A stretch of 40,350 bases of DNA from Scenedesmus sp. PABB004 (Eukaryota): contig JABVCE010000018.1 of NCBI GenBank assembly GCA_014905635.1, positions 744,001 through 784,350 on the forward strand. Reading direction: 5' to 3'. The notes beneath the pieces are model-generated. The model saw only the letters and a program-made list of their open reading frames with translations. It ran no database searches and was not told the origin of the DNA. The stretch's first letter is position 1. Each line of letters starts with the position of its first letter. Shown piece by piece: positions 10,675-22,796 of the stretch. Both the position numbers and the translations under genes were made by a program.

Positions 10675-13600
10675 ATGGCCCGCTTCACTGCTGGCCTGCT
10701 CATGACGGGGCTGTGCGTGGCATTCGGCGCCTGCAGCGTGCCTGCGGCGGCAGGCACAGCCGTGGCTATCGGCAGCACAGCACGCACGCTGCAGGCCGGC
10801 GGCGGCCCGCGCGCGCTGCGGCAGGCGGCCCCCAAAGTCAAAGTCGCCTCGGGATTCAGTGGACTCAGCTGCAAGAGCCCCTTCACCGAGGACTGCGGCC
10901 TGCTGTACACGCCTAGTAAGGCTGACTTTACAGACAATGCCAATATTATCAGATCGGTGCTGGTCGCCGATGGCTTTGTTTTTGTCTTGACGCAGAACGG
11001 CCTGATGTCGCGGTGCACCCAGCTCACGCCTGACCCTACCGCATGCGTCAATTTCAACGCGCTCAAGAAGACCCCCTACGGTGCCATGAGCTACCTGCGC
11101 CAGGGCTACATCATCGCAGCCGCTGGCAATGACATGGTGGGCGGCGCGCCGGCAGCGCGCCGGCGCTCTCGAGTGTGGCCGCGCGACGCGCGCAAAGCAT
11201 GCGGCACACCGCCGCCACGTGTCGCGCCGCAACGCTCGCTCGGGCAGGTTGTATGCAGCACCATGTATGCCAATGGCTGCACGCTCATCAACCAGTGCGG
11301 CGACGAAACCACCTACACGTCCCTTCTGGTGGCGAACAACCGCATCTATGCTGGTGAGCCGCCGCGGCTTCAGTGAGCCACGGGCAGGCACCCTGTTGCT
11401 GCAGCGCGCCACTGCGCGCCGTGTTGCCACCCATGCTCAGTGCAGGCCGGCGCGCCGCGCCGGCCGGGCCAGCGGGCGCCGGCTGGGGACGGGCCGCCGC
11501 GCGCGAGGCTGACCACCTGTTTCGCTGCACTCGATGCAGGCCTGTCGTCTGGCACCATGTGGTCGTGCGACGCGGGGGGGAGGGGTCGGATCCACAGCCC
11601 AACAGCTGCACGGTGCGGGCATGGCGCCGCTTTGGCTCGAACAGCCGGGCCCCGGCTATGCACACCCTTTGCATCCAGCCATACCGGCGCGGCAGCCACG
11701 CCGCGCCGCCGGCAGCAGCGTGCGTGCAGCAAGGCATCGCCCGTGCCTGACGCCACAGGATCTGAACCATTCGGGAGACCATAACATCTTCTCGCTTGCC
11801 TACGGCGACGGCGTGCTGTGGGCTGGCCTTGAAAGCGGCACGATGTGGAAGTGCGGCGCGCGCGCACACGCTCCTCTCTCGCACACCGTAGTGACGCTGA
11901 CCGCGTCCAACCGCCGCGCAGGTGCGACCCCAACACTCGCAACAGCTGCCAGCGAAACAACAAAGCGGGCAGCGCCATTTACTCACTGCTGCTCACCAAT
12001 GGAGTGTTGCTTGCTGGCCTTGAAGGCGGCCAAATGTGGAAGTGAGCCCGTTGATGCTGGGAGAGGCTCTTTGTCTTTGTCTTTTTTGGGAGAGGCCCCC
12101 AGGGGGGGGGGGGGGGCGTCCGCCGGCCACAGTCAGGCTCGGGCGCTAGACGGACGCGCTGCTCTGCTGCACCCCCCGTTGTTACACCCGCCGCTGACGC
12201 CACCACCGGCCCTTGCCAGGTGCCTGTTGGACCAGCCCGACTCCTGCGACCGTTTGAACAAGTTCGGGGACACAATTTTCCAGTTAATCCAGCTGCCCAA
12301 CGACGCCTCCACCATCTACGCCAGCACCGACAAGAGCGTGTATCGCTGCCCTGTGGCAACGCCCGATAGCTGCGATTTGGTCGCCACAACAGACGGGACA
12401 AAGAAAAGACGCGTGTACTTCTTGTCAGTTGCTAATGGTGCGCGTGACGTGTTGCGCGCGCTGCCAGCTCTTGGCCTTGCACGCGCCCAGCCGTTGGGCA
12501 CAACTGCGTCGCTGCAGACGACACTGCCAGAGCGGTCAACGAGCAAGCATGCCGCCTCGCTGCGCGCAGGCGTCACATTCTATGCTGGATCTATTGACTG
12601 GGTGTACTGGGTAGTGGTCAGCCGCACGTGCGCGCAGTGTACTGCGCCCACGTGCGGCACATTCTATGCCGACGGCAGCCGCTACGCCTGTAGACCCGGC
12701 TCCAAGTACAACCCAAGCCAGGCGTCCAACCCCAATCCCAACCAGCAGACATGCTGCGTGAGTGACGGCCGGGCGCAGCTGCGTTGTGCTACTGCGGTCG
12801 GCAGCTGCTGCGGCTGAGAGCTGTTGCGGCTGGCAGGACAGCCTGCTAGCGCGCCTGCACAACCAGCGCTCGTGCCAGCCCTGAGCTCACGCGCGTGTGC
12901 TGCTGCCGCCCTGCCGCGCCGCAGACGGCGGTTGTCCCCAGCCGCGACCTGGACGTCTCCATTGCCAAGAGCGGCCCCACCGATCCGCAGGTGGTTGGCA
13001 CCGACTTTGACTTCACGCTCACGGTGCGCGTGGAGAAGGGCAGCAGCGGCGCCAACGACGTCCACGTCACCGACACGCTGCCCGCGGGGCTAGTGATGGT
13101 GTCCGCCAAGCCCGACAAGGGTAACTGCTTCTTCTTGAGCGCTAGTCATGGTGGCGGCTCGTGGCCCGGTTTCACCACAATCACCTGCGACATCGGCGCC
13201 ATGTCGCTGGCGGAGACGGTGTTTGTCAGCGTGCGCGTCAGGCCCATCGCCGCGGGCTCGTGGACCAACGTCGCCACGGTCAACGCGACCGGCGACACCA
13301 ACCCGAGCAACAACCAGGCCAACAGCACCGTGCAGGTTGCCTGCCGGTCGTGCAACTCGTCCGAACTCTGCGGTAGCTTCAGTGACGGCTGCGGCGGCAC
13401 CATCAATTGCACCTGCCCGGCGAGCGCGCCGTACTGCCACCAGCTGCAGCCGAGGCGGGCGGGCTATTGCTCGATCGAGCCCTTTACTACCAAGCTCAGT
13501 GTTGCGGTCCGGAAGACTGGCCCCGCGACAGACCAGATCGTGGGCGAAGCGTTCAACTTTGCGCTGCTGGTCAGTATTGTGAGCGGCACAAAGGGCGCCA

Positions 13601-16600
13601 CCTCGGTCGTGCTCGTCGACACGCTGCCAACCGGTCTGGAGCTGGTGGAGGTCAAGCCGGGTGGGCAGCGCCCGGCGGCGGACGGGGCGCGTGGGCAGCG
13701 CAGGCGGCGGCCGCGCCGCCGCCGCCGCCAGCCGGCGCGGGCGCGGCGCTTGCGCGGCGCGACTGCTGCCGCGCGCAGACACGGGCTGCACCGTGGACTA
13801 CCCAAGCATTTCGTGCGAGCTGGGCCCAATGCTGCTGGGCGAGTCCAAGGTCGTCACCGTGACCGCCAAGACAGCACGGGTCGGCACCTTCGACAACGCG
13901 GCTGCCGTGAGCGCCACCGACGGCTCTACCACCAGCAACGACACGTCGAAAGCCAGCGTGACGGTTGTTCGGGTGCGGGCGCTCGCCCCCAGAGCGCAGC
14001 CTCGCGCGCTGGGGCCTCACGCGCGGGCGCCGCTCGCGGCCGCACCGCATTGGATTCTGACGCACCTGCTGCCTCCGGCACTTGCAGGACCCCGCCAATG
14101 ATGCCGACATGTCGATCGCCAAGAGCGTGTCGTCGCCGTCGGTGCTGATCAGCGGCCAGGTCAACTACACCATCACCGCCACCAACGTGGGCGCCGGCAC
14201 CGCCACGGGCGTGATCGTGAACGACACGCTGCCGGCCGGTCTTGCGTTTGCCACGCCCCTGCCAGCAGGTGCGTCGGGTGGGGCGGGGGGCTCAGGCTTG
14301 TAATCCAGCCGCTGGCTGGGCCGCGCAGCGGCTGGGCGCGCGCGGCTGCCCCCCCCCCCCCACCCCTCGGCGCGCAGCTTGCTGGCGCCAACCACCTGGC
14401 TGCCGGCGCTTACGGCGTGGCGCGCGCTGCTCGCGCACGCAGGCTGCTCCCAACGCGCGCAGGTGCTCATGTGTGGTCCCAGCAGCGTGGCCGCTGGTGA
14501 CAAGCTCACGTACCTGGTGCCGGTCAAGGCCATTGCAGTGGGCAGCTGGAACAACTCTGCGCGTGTGTCTGCCGACAACGATGTCAACCCATACAACAAC
14601 GGCCCCGTGGTTGCGCCCGTCACGGTCACCCGCACGTGCGCGCAGTACTATGCAGACGGCAGCCGCTACGCCTGCAGCCCCGGCTCCAAGTACAACCCAA
14701 GCCAGGCGTCCAACCCCAACCCCAGCCAGCAGGCGTGCTGCGTGAGTGGCGGCCGGGCGCAGCTGCATTGTGCTGCTGCGGTTGGCAGCTGCTGCGGCTG
14801 AGAGCTGCTGCGGCTGAGAGCTGTTGCGGCTGGCAGGACAGCCTGCCAGCGCGCCTGCACAACCAGCGCTCGTGCCGGCCCTGAGCTCACGCGCGTGTGT
14901 TGCTGCCGCCCTGCCGCGCCGCAGACGGACTGCAAAACGTGCTACGACTTCCCCGACCTGTGCGGCTCCTACGACAACGGCTGCGGCACCATCATCACCT
15001 GCACGTGCCCGCCCGACAAGCCGTACTGCCACCAGACCGACCTGCTGCGGGGCAACTCGGACCCAGGCTTTTGCTCCGACAACCCCTTTGTCCCCAGCCG
15101 CGACCTGGACGTCTCCATTGCCAAGAGCGGCCCCACCAATCCGCAGCTGGTCGGTACCGAGTTTGACTTCACGCTCACGGTGCGCGTGGAGAAGGGCAGC
15201 AGCGGCGCCAACGACGTCAACGTCACCGACGCGCTGCCCGCGGGGCTAGTGCTGGTGTCCGCCAAGCCCGACAAGGGCAGCTGCTCCTCCTCGGGCGCCA
15301 CGATCACCTGCAACATCGGCGCCATGTCGCTGGCGGAGACGGTGTTTGTCAGCGTGCGCGTCAAGGGCACCGCCGCGGGCTCGTGGACCAACGTCGCCAC
15401 GGTCAACGCGACCGGCGACACCAACCCGAGCAACAACCAGGCCAACAGCACCGTGCAGGTTGCCTGCCTGTCATGCACAACTTACGCTGAGCTGTGCGGC
15501 ACCTTCAGCGACGGCTGCGGCGGCACCATCAATTGCACCTGCCCGGCGAGCGCGCCGTACTGTCACCAAACAACCAAGCTGCTGCGTGCAGGGCTGTCGG
15601 GCTATTGCTCGGACCAGCCTATTAACCCCACAAACCTCGCGGACGTCGCGATCTACAAAACAGGGCCCGGCTATGACCCGGTGCAAGGCCAGGAGTTCAA
15701 CTTCCTGTTGACAGTGCGCGTGGTGGACGGCCATGCGGGCGCCAAGAACGTTGTGGTCAAGGACACGCTGCCCGCCGGCCTCGAGCTGGTTGCGGTCATA
15801 CCAGGTGCGCGCCGTGCGCGGCCGTGTGGCAGCCCGTCACACGGGCTGCCGCAGGCGCACGCACCGCCCGGGTGGCCTGACCCAGGCTGTGCTGGCGGCC
15901 AGCGCGCTCCAGATCTGAGGCCTTGCTTGTCGCCCGCCCGCCCGCGTCGCAGACACGGGCTGCACCGTGCAGTTCCCGCTCATCACTTGCCCTCTTGGCT
16001 CAATGAGCCTCGCTGAGACACGCTACGTCAACATCCGCGTAAAAGGCAACGGGGTCGGGACTTACACCAACCAGGCAGAGGTGTCAGCAACCAACGACCG
16101 CAATCCCGGCAACAACAAGAGCAACGCAACAGTCACTATCATTCAGGTGTGAGGGCACATCGGGACCCACGCGCAGCGTGGCAGCCTGCCGCGCTGTGCA
16201 GCCTGCCGCGCTGCGTGTAGGCCGCTTGCACGCCGCTGCAGTGCAGCATGCACACATGTGTGCAACTGCCCCATGTGTGCAACAACTACTACAACAACTG
16301 CCCTCTTGCGCTCAATGCCCCAACCATGATGCCCACAGAATCCGCCTTTCATAGGCTCCGACATGTCGATCACCAAGAGCGTGTCGTCGCCGTCGGTGCT
16401 GATCAGCGGCCAGGTCAACTACACCATCACCGCCACCAACGTGGGCGCCGGCACCGCCACGGGCGTGATCGTGAACGACACGCTGCCGGCCGGTCTTGCG
16501 TTTGCCACGCCCCTGCCAGCAGGTGCGTCGGGTGGGGCGGGGGGCTCAGGCTTGTAATCCAGCCGCTGGCTGGGCCGCGCAGCGGCTGGGCGCGCGCGGC

Positions 16601-19600
16601 TGCCCCCCCCCCCCCCCCCACCCCTCAGCGCGCAGCTTGCTGGCGCCAACCACCTGGCTGCCGGCGCTTACGGCGTGGCGCGCGCTGCTCGCGCACGCAG
16701 GCTGCTCCCAACGCGCGCAGGTGCTCACGTGTGGTCCCAGCAGCGTGGCCGCTGGTGACAAGCTCACGCACCTGGTGCCGGTCAAGGCCGTTGCAGTGGG
16801 CAGCTGGAACAACTCTGCGCGTGTGTCTGCCGACAACGATGTCAACCCATACAACAACGGCCCCGTGGTTGCGCCCGTCACGGTCACCCGCACGTGCGCG
16901 CAGTACTATGCAGACGGCAGCCGCTACGCCTGCAGCCCCGGCTCCAAGTACAACCCAAGCCAGGCGTCCAACCCCAACCCCAGCCAGCAGGCGTGCTGCG
17001 TGAGTGGCGGCCGGGCGCAGCTGCATTGTGCTGCTGCGGTTGGCAGCTGCTGCGGCTGAGAGCTGCTGCGGCTGAGAGCTGTTGCGGCTGGCAGGACAGC
17101 CTGCCAGCGCGCCTGCACAACCAGCGCTCGTGCCGGCCCTGAGCTCACGCGCGTGTGTTGCTGCCGCCCTGCCGCGCCGCAGACGGACTGCAAAACGTGC
17201 TACGACTTCCCCGACCTGTGCGGCTCCTACGACAACGGCTGCGGCACCATCATCACCTGCACGTGCCCGCCCGACAAGCCGTACTGCCACCAGACCGACC
17301 TGCTGCGGGGCAACTCGGACCCAGGCTTTTGCTCCGACAACCCCTTTGTCCCCAGCCGCGACCTGGACGTCTCCATTGCCAAGAGCGGCCCCACCAATCC
17401 GCAGCTGGTCGGTACCGAGTTTGACTTCACGCTCACGGTGCGCGTGGAGAAGGGCAGCAGCGGCGCCAACGACGTCAACGTCACCGACGCGCTGCCCGCG
17501 GGGCTAGTGCTGGTGTCCGCCAAGCCCGACAAGGGCAGCTGCTCCTCCTCGGGCGCCACGATCACCTGCAACATCGGCGCCATGTCGCTGGCGGAGACGG
17601 TGTTTGTCAGCGTGCGCGTCAAGGGCACCGCCGCGGGCTCGTGGACCAACGTCGCCACGGTCAACGCGACCGGCGACACCAACCCGAGCAACAACCAGGC
17701 CAACAGCACCGTGCAGGTCGCCTGCCTGTCGTGCAACTCGTCCTACGTCGGACTTTGCGGCACCTTCACCGACGGCTGCGGCGGCTTCATCACCTGCACG
17801 TGCCCGCTCAGCAAGCCAGTCTGCAACAAGTTGCCGGGAGCACCATCGGGCGTGTGCGCGGACCTGCCCATTGACCCCACCGCACTTGCAGACATTGCCA
17901 TCACCGAAACTGGCCCCACCACCACCCAGGTGATCGGCCAGGTCTTTGACTTCAAGCTCACCGCCACCGTGGTCGACGGACTCGACGGCGCCAAGAACGT
18001 GGTCATCACAGACCGCCTGCCGGGCGGCCTCGAGCTTGTTGCCGTCAGGCCGGGTGCGCGCGCCGCGCGCCTGCGGGGCGCGGGCCGTGCAGCCAAGCCC
18101 TGGCCTCTGAGCGCGGCCCTGGCAGCGCGCCACGCCTGGTCGCCCGCTGCCCCGGCGCCCGGCGGCGCGGCGCCTGCCGCCAATTGCCTCCGCTGCAACT
18201 GTGCTGTGCTGCCGCCGCCGTTGCTGCGCAGACACTGGGTGCACCATTCGCTATCCTGTGATCACCTGTGCGGTCGGGGACCTAGCCTTTGCTGGGACCT
18301 ACTCGCTGGCAGTCACGGTCAAGGCGGCGCGTGCGGGCAGCTTCAACAACCGTGCCTCGGCCAACGCAACCAACGACCGCAACCAGGGCAACAACAAAGC
18401 GGAAGCGCGTGTCACCGTGGTGCGCTGACCCGCGCGGGCGCGCGTGTGGCCGCAGCCAGTGGCTGGCGGACAGCCGCCCCAACTGTGTTGCTGGGGCGGG
18501 CGCGGCGCGGCGCGGCGCGGCGCAGCGCACCCTTGCGTGCTGCCCGGTCCATGCGCGCGCGCGCTGCTGCCGCTCACCCGCGGCGCCCGCCTGCCCCGTC
18601 GTGCGTCCACAGGTTGGCGGCGCGTGCTGCACCAGCAGCGGGCGCTGCCTGGTGGTGTCCGAGTCGGCTTGCGTGGACGGCGTGTACAACCCTGGCCAGA
18701 ACTGCGGGAGCGTGACGTGCGCGCGCAAGCCCACCATCGGCGCGTGCTGCGTGGGACAGGACTGCCGCAACAACTACACGCTCAACGCCTGCACCCAGGA
18801 CGCGGGCAACTTTTACGCCAACCAGACCTGCAACTCAAAGACATGTGGCAGCGACCCGCCAGTGGCCCCGCGCGGCGCGTGCTGCCAGCCGGCTCAGAGC
18901 AAGTGCACGCCTAACGCCACGGCGGCCTGGTGCCAGGCGCAGGGCGGTCAGTGGGCAAAGGACGAGGCCTGCACGGTCGCCGCCTGCCCTGCCGCCATTG
19001 GCGCGTGCTGCGTGGGACAGGACTGCCGCAACAACTACACGCTCAACGCCTGCACCCAGGACGCGGGCAACTTTTACGCCAACCAGACCTGCAACTCAAA
19101 GACATGTGGCAGCGACCCGCCAGTGGCCCCGCGCGGCGCGTGCTGCCAGCCGGCTCAGAGCAAGTGCACGCCTAACGCCACGGCGGCCTGGTGCCAGGCG
19201 CAGGGCGGTCAGTGGGCAAAGGACGAGGCCTGCACGGTCGCCGCCTGCCCTGCCGCCATTGGCGCGTGCTGCGTGGGACAGGACTGCCGCAACAACTACA
19301 CGCTCAACGCCTGCACCCAGGACGCGGGCAACTTTTACGCCAACCAGACCTGCAACTCAAAGACATGTGGCAGCGACCCGCCAGTGGCCCCGCGCGGCGC
19401 GTGCTGCCAGCCGGCTCAGAGCAAGTGCACGCCTAACGCCACGGCGGCCTGGTGCCAGGCGCAGGGCGGTCAGTGGGCAAAGGACGAGGCCTGCACGGTC
19501 GCCGCCTGCCCTGCTGCCATTGGCGCGTGCTGCCTCGCCAGCGGCGCGTGCGCGGAGGGCACTGCCAGAGTGTGCCGCGCCGACGACGGCACCTGGAACC

Positions 19601-20411
19601 GCGGCTTGACCTGCAGCCAGGTTGCCTGCCCCATCCTACCGGCGGCCACGGGCTCGTGCTGTGACTCAATCGCACGCAAGTGCACAGCGCCCGTGCGCGA
19701 GTCGGCTTGCGTCAACGGCACGTGGACGCAGAACGCGAACTGCACGGTGGACGTCTGCCCGGCGGCGGTGAGCGTCGGCGGCCTGCCGCGGGCTGCGCGC
19801 GCGCGCCGCCTCCCCAGCGCAGGTCGCGCGTGCCCGCCGCCGCTCGAGAACGCGCGCGCGCCGGCCCCCTACCGCTGCGCCGGCCCCCACCAGCGCTCAC
19901 TCGCCCCGCCGCGCCGCCGACGCGGCCGCAGTTCTGCGTTCCCACCTGGCGGATGTGCGAGCCCTGCACGCTCCCCGGCTGCAACCCCTGCTGCGACAGC
20001 ACGAGCGCGTGCAAGCCCGTCCACGGCATCCACACGTCGTGGTACGCGTGCAAGCCGGGCGAGGGCTGCCGCCCCGAGGGCCAGCCCTGCGGCGAGTGCG
20101 GCGGCGGCGGCGTCTGCTGCGACGGCCTCACTTGCAAGTGGGACCACTACGGCAGGCGCGGCGTGTGCACCAAGCCGTTTGCGTGCAAGCAGAACGGCGA
20201 GGCGTGCGCCGCGCCGCGCGACTGCTGCCCCGGCTCCACCTGCGGCACCGACGGCAAGTGCCGTCCGTGCGACTGCAAGCGCAAGTGCCGCAAGCACGAC
20301 CAGCGCTGCGCCGCGCAGCGTGAGGCGGAGTGCCAGATGCTCTCCGCCGCGGCCGCAAGCGCCGTGCTGACTGGGCCGAGCGGCGCGCTCATCCAGGTCG
20401 GCGGGCGCTGA
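10675..20411 (+). CDS. Large secreted multidomain protein, copy 1: signal peptide, Cys-bridged beta-propeller-like repeats, 8 DUF11 Ig-like domains, CGxxxDGCGG linkers, GACC repeats, knottin-like C-terminus; possible frameshift at the G7 run 11574-11580
   Basis: MARFTAGLLMTGLCVAFGACSVPAAA leader; repeats like SLAYGDGVLWAGLESGTMWKCD and SLLLTNGVLLAGLEGGQMWKC; DUF11 hallmark DLxIxKxGP..G.xFxFTLTV..A.xVxVTDxLPAGL...TNVATV...DxNPxNN near 12945, 13495, 14105, 15100, 15640, 16360, 17360, 17890; consistent GT-AG introns; last exon ends LIQVGGR* at 20411. Confidence 0.85.
14105..17730 (+). repeat. Intragenic duplication with ~2258-bp offset (14105-15470 vs 16360-17730), introns included
   Basis: ORF translations starting at 14895/17153, 14636/16894 and 14969/17227 match; intron sequence is also near-identical. 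Confidence 0.95.
18735..19535 (+). repeat. Coding tandem repeat, 3 x 261 bp (87-aa GACC Cys-rich unit)
   Basis: IGACCVGQDCRNNYTLNACTQDAGNFYANQTCNSKTCGSDPPVAPRGACCQPAQSKCTPNATAAWCQAQGGQWAKDEACTVAACPAA repeated three times, nearly identical at DNA level. Confidence 0.97.
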
Positions 20412-20560
20412 GCGCGCCAGTTGTTCTTTGGGGGCGAGCGAGACGCGTCTGGGAACTGTCTTCAGATGCGTGCGAGCGGCGGATGCTCAGCAGCCAGGCA
20501 GGCGGGCCGCGGTCAGGGCTATCACGCGGCCCGCGTGCAGCTGGCGCACACGCACGTGAA

Positions 20561-22030
20561 GTTGTTGTTGTTACAGGGGGTTTGAGTAGGCCACGGAATA
20601 CGCACTGCTAGTGCCAGGGGAGTACGCGCGAGTACGAGGCCCCCCACGTGAGACGGGTGCGGCTGTTGCACCTGGGTGCGAGTGCAGCTCGCCGTCCCCA
20701 GCACTTTGGGCTGGGACCTGCACGTGCCTGGGCCCTGGTGGGAGTGTGCGGCGCGCGCATCGCGGCGCCTCGCGGCCGCCGCCGCGACGTCAGCCCGGGA
20801 GGCAGTCGGAGCAGAGTGACGCTGCCTCATGTTGCGCACGCGTCAGGTAAAGGCGATCCTGGGCCATCTCAGCCTCTCCCAGCAGTGCCCTGCCATTGCC
20901 TCGGCAGCTCGCCAATCGTTGCGCGCACCGCAAACCGGCTGGCCGCGGGGCTGCGCGCGGCAGCCGGCACACCGACCTGTTGAGCCCGAGCACCACTGCC
21001 AGTTTCAGCTCAGCCCATGTAGCCCCCAACCGCCCCCGCGGGCACCGGGCCTGCGGGAGCTCCCTGCCCACGCTGGGCGCCGCGCGCAGTCCGTAGAGGA
21101 CGGCCGCCAACTCGCTTGTCGCTCCTGGGGGGCGCGCGGCTGCGCGCGCGGGCTGCGTCGGCGGACCTGGATTGTGCCGGCAACCCGTCGATGCAGCGCA
21201 CCGCCCGCGCCCAGCGGCGCCCCCTGGCCGACCTGCGGGCTCCCTGGATTGTGGACATGGCGATCGGGAACCACCTCCTTAGTACTCGCGCCCGGGAGGC
21301 TTCTCTGGCAACCCGCGCCCTCGCCATCGATCCCTGGACGGTTGGCGCCCCTATGGACTGACCTGGACGAGCTGGCGCCCCAGCCATACACCGGAAGAGC
21401 GGCTTGGGGCGCGGCTTGCTCGGGGCGCGGCGCGCGCGTGGGTGTGGGCGGCGGTGGGGGAGCGTGGGCGGGCTTGCGGCAGGCTTCTTGGTGGTGGGCG
21501 ACGCGTGCGGCTGGCCTTTTGGCTGAGCTGCCCGCGGGTCCTGGAGGGAGCTGGATCTGGCGGGCGTCGGGCCGGCACAGGGGCGGTGGTCGCCGCGGGC
21601 CGCGACCCCGCGCGCGACGCGCTGCCGGCTCACGCCGGCCCCGCAGTGTTGAGTCCACAGAGTCTCCACTGGCCGCCCTGCACTGCCTTCTCGCGCCTAC
21701 CAGTCATCCTGCTCCAAGCTCCCAACATTCGGTGCACCACGTTGCAGGGGGCGCGACTCTGCAACTGGCGGCCGGCGGGGCGCGGCGCTGCGTGTGCGGC
21801 GTGTGCGCCTGGGTGGGCTGGCCCGGCTGGTGTGTGGTGCCCCTGCTGGCGGCGGTCTGTCCACGCCGGTTGCGTGAGGTACGGCGGGGTTTGCGCTGGT
21901 TTTTCCCCGCTGCCCCTGTGGCCCAATCGGGCCAGCGTGACGTGGTTGCACGGGTCAAGCCACCGTCCTCAAAGGACGCGGGACCAATGCGCGCGAGCGT
22001 GTGGTGTAACTGACCTTGACCTTGACCTTG
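20561..22030. mobile_element. Possible remnants of two oppositely oriented non-LTR-type retroelements (3' tails facing outward)
   Basis: Minus-strand TGTAA(CAA)n at 20561-20575; plus-strand TGTAAC(TGACCT)3 at 22005-22030; no recognisable protein between them. Confidence 0.35.
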
Positions 22031-22038
22031 TGGCGCAG

Positions 22039-22665
22039 GTGCCAGATGGTGCTGGTGCTGCTGGAGCGCAAGCAGACGAGCGGGTCGAGCCCCTACGCGT
22101 TTGTGAAGCAGGCGGGCGACAGCGTGATGGGCCTGCGCACGCAATGCTTTGCCGCCGACAAGGCGGGCGTGGGCCGCAACGCGCGCCCCCCGCGCGGGCG
22201 GCAGCAGTACTGCGCCAACCTCGCCATGAAGGCGCGCGCGCGCCGCGGGGGCCGGGCATCAGGGGCCGCGGGCACCGGGGGCGGCGCGGGCAGCAGCAGA
22301 CGGCGGCAGCGCCTGGCGCTCACCCGCGCGCACGGGGCGCGCCCGCCGCCAGATCAACACCAAGATGGGCGGCGTCAACGTCAAGCTCGTGGACGACCCC
22401 GCCGCCGTGAGCGCCCGCGCCCCGCTCGCACGCGTCGGCCAGCGCGCGCCGCCGCTCCGCCGCGCGCCCACGCCCCCGCGCGCGCCGCCGCGGCCGTGCG
22501 CCGCAGCCGCAGGCGGTGCCCGTGGTGGGCACTGTGCCGTTCATGATATTCGGCGCTGACGTGACGCACCCGACGTCGTTCAACCCCGACGACCCCTCCA
22601 TCGCCGCCGTGTGCGCGAGCTACGACCGCAGCCTCGGGCGCTACATGACCCGCGTGCTGCGCCAG
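22039..22665 (+). pseudogene. Argonaute fragment (MID and start of PIWI domain), three exons
   Basis: Exons 22039-22231, 22353-22406, 22513-22665 give YAFVKQAGDSVMGLRTQC...QYCANLAMK|INTKMGGVNVKL...|...PFMIFGADVTHP...PSIAAVCASYD...RYMTRVLRQ, classic eukaryotic AGO motifs. No PAZ exons upstream and no further PIWI exons downstream. Confidence 0.9.
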
Positions 22666-22754
22666 GCGCGGCCCTGCGCGCGCGCCTGCCGCCCCGCCAC
22701 GTGCCTGCCGCCCGGCCCGCCCCGCGCGCCCGCAGCTCCTCCCCCGAGCGCCGC

Positions 22755-22762
22755 CCGCCCCG

Positions 22763-22796
<34 letters not shown>

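Noticed and set aside
16249..16264. 16-bp perfect palindrome TGCACACATGTGTGCA in a DUF11 intron
   Set aside because: Isolated, in low-complexity CA/TG sequence, with no TSD or second copy.
10675..20411. Bacterial contamination or endogenous giant-virus segment as the source of the DUF11 gene
   Set aside because: The gene has many host-style spliceosomal introns and no viral or bacterial core genes lie nearby; ancient HGT remains possible.
20600..20615. CTAGT as a Helitron 3' end closing the cassette
   Set aside because: No convincing GC-rich hairpin 10-15 nt upstream and no matching 5' TC end identified.
20697..20715. cccagcactttggg resembles Alu/7SL sequence
   Set aside because: 14-bp match only, with no flanking similarity; chance hairpin.
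20790..21130. RNase H-like motif (ATSELAAVLYGL) on the minus strand
   Set aside because: Only one short motif; the other RNase H catalytic motifs and any RT domain are not recognisable.
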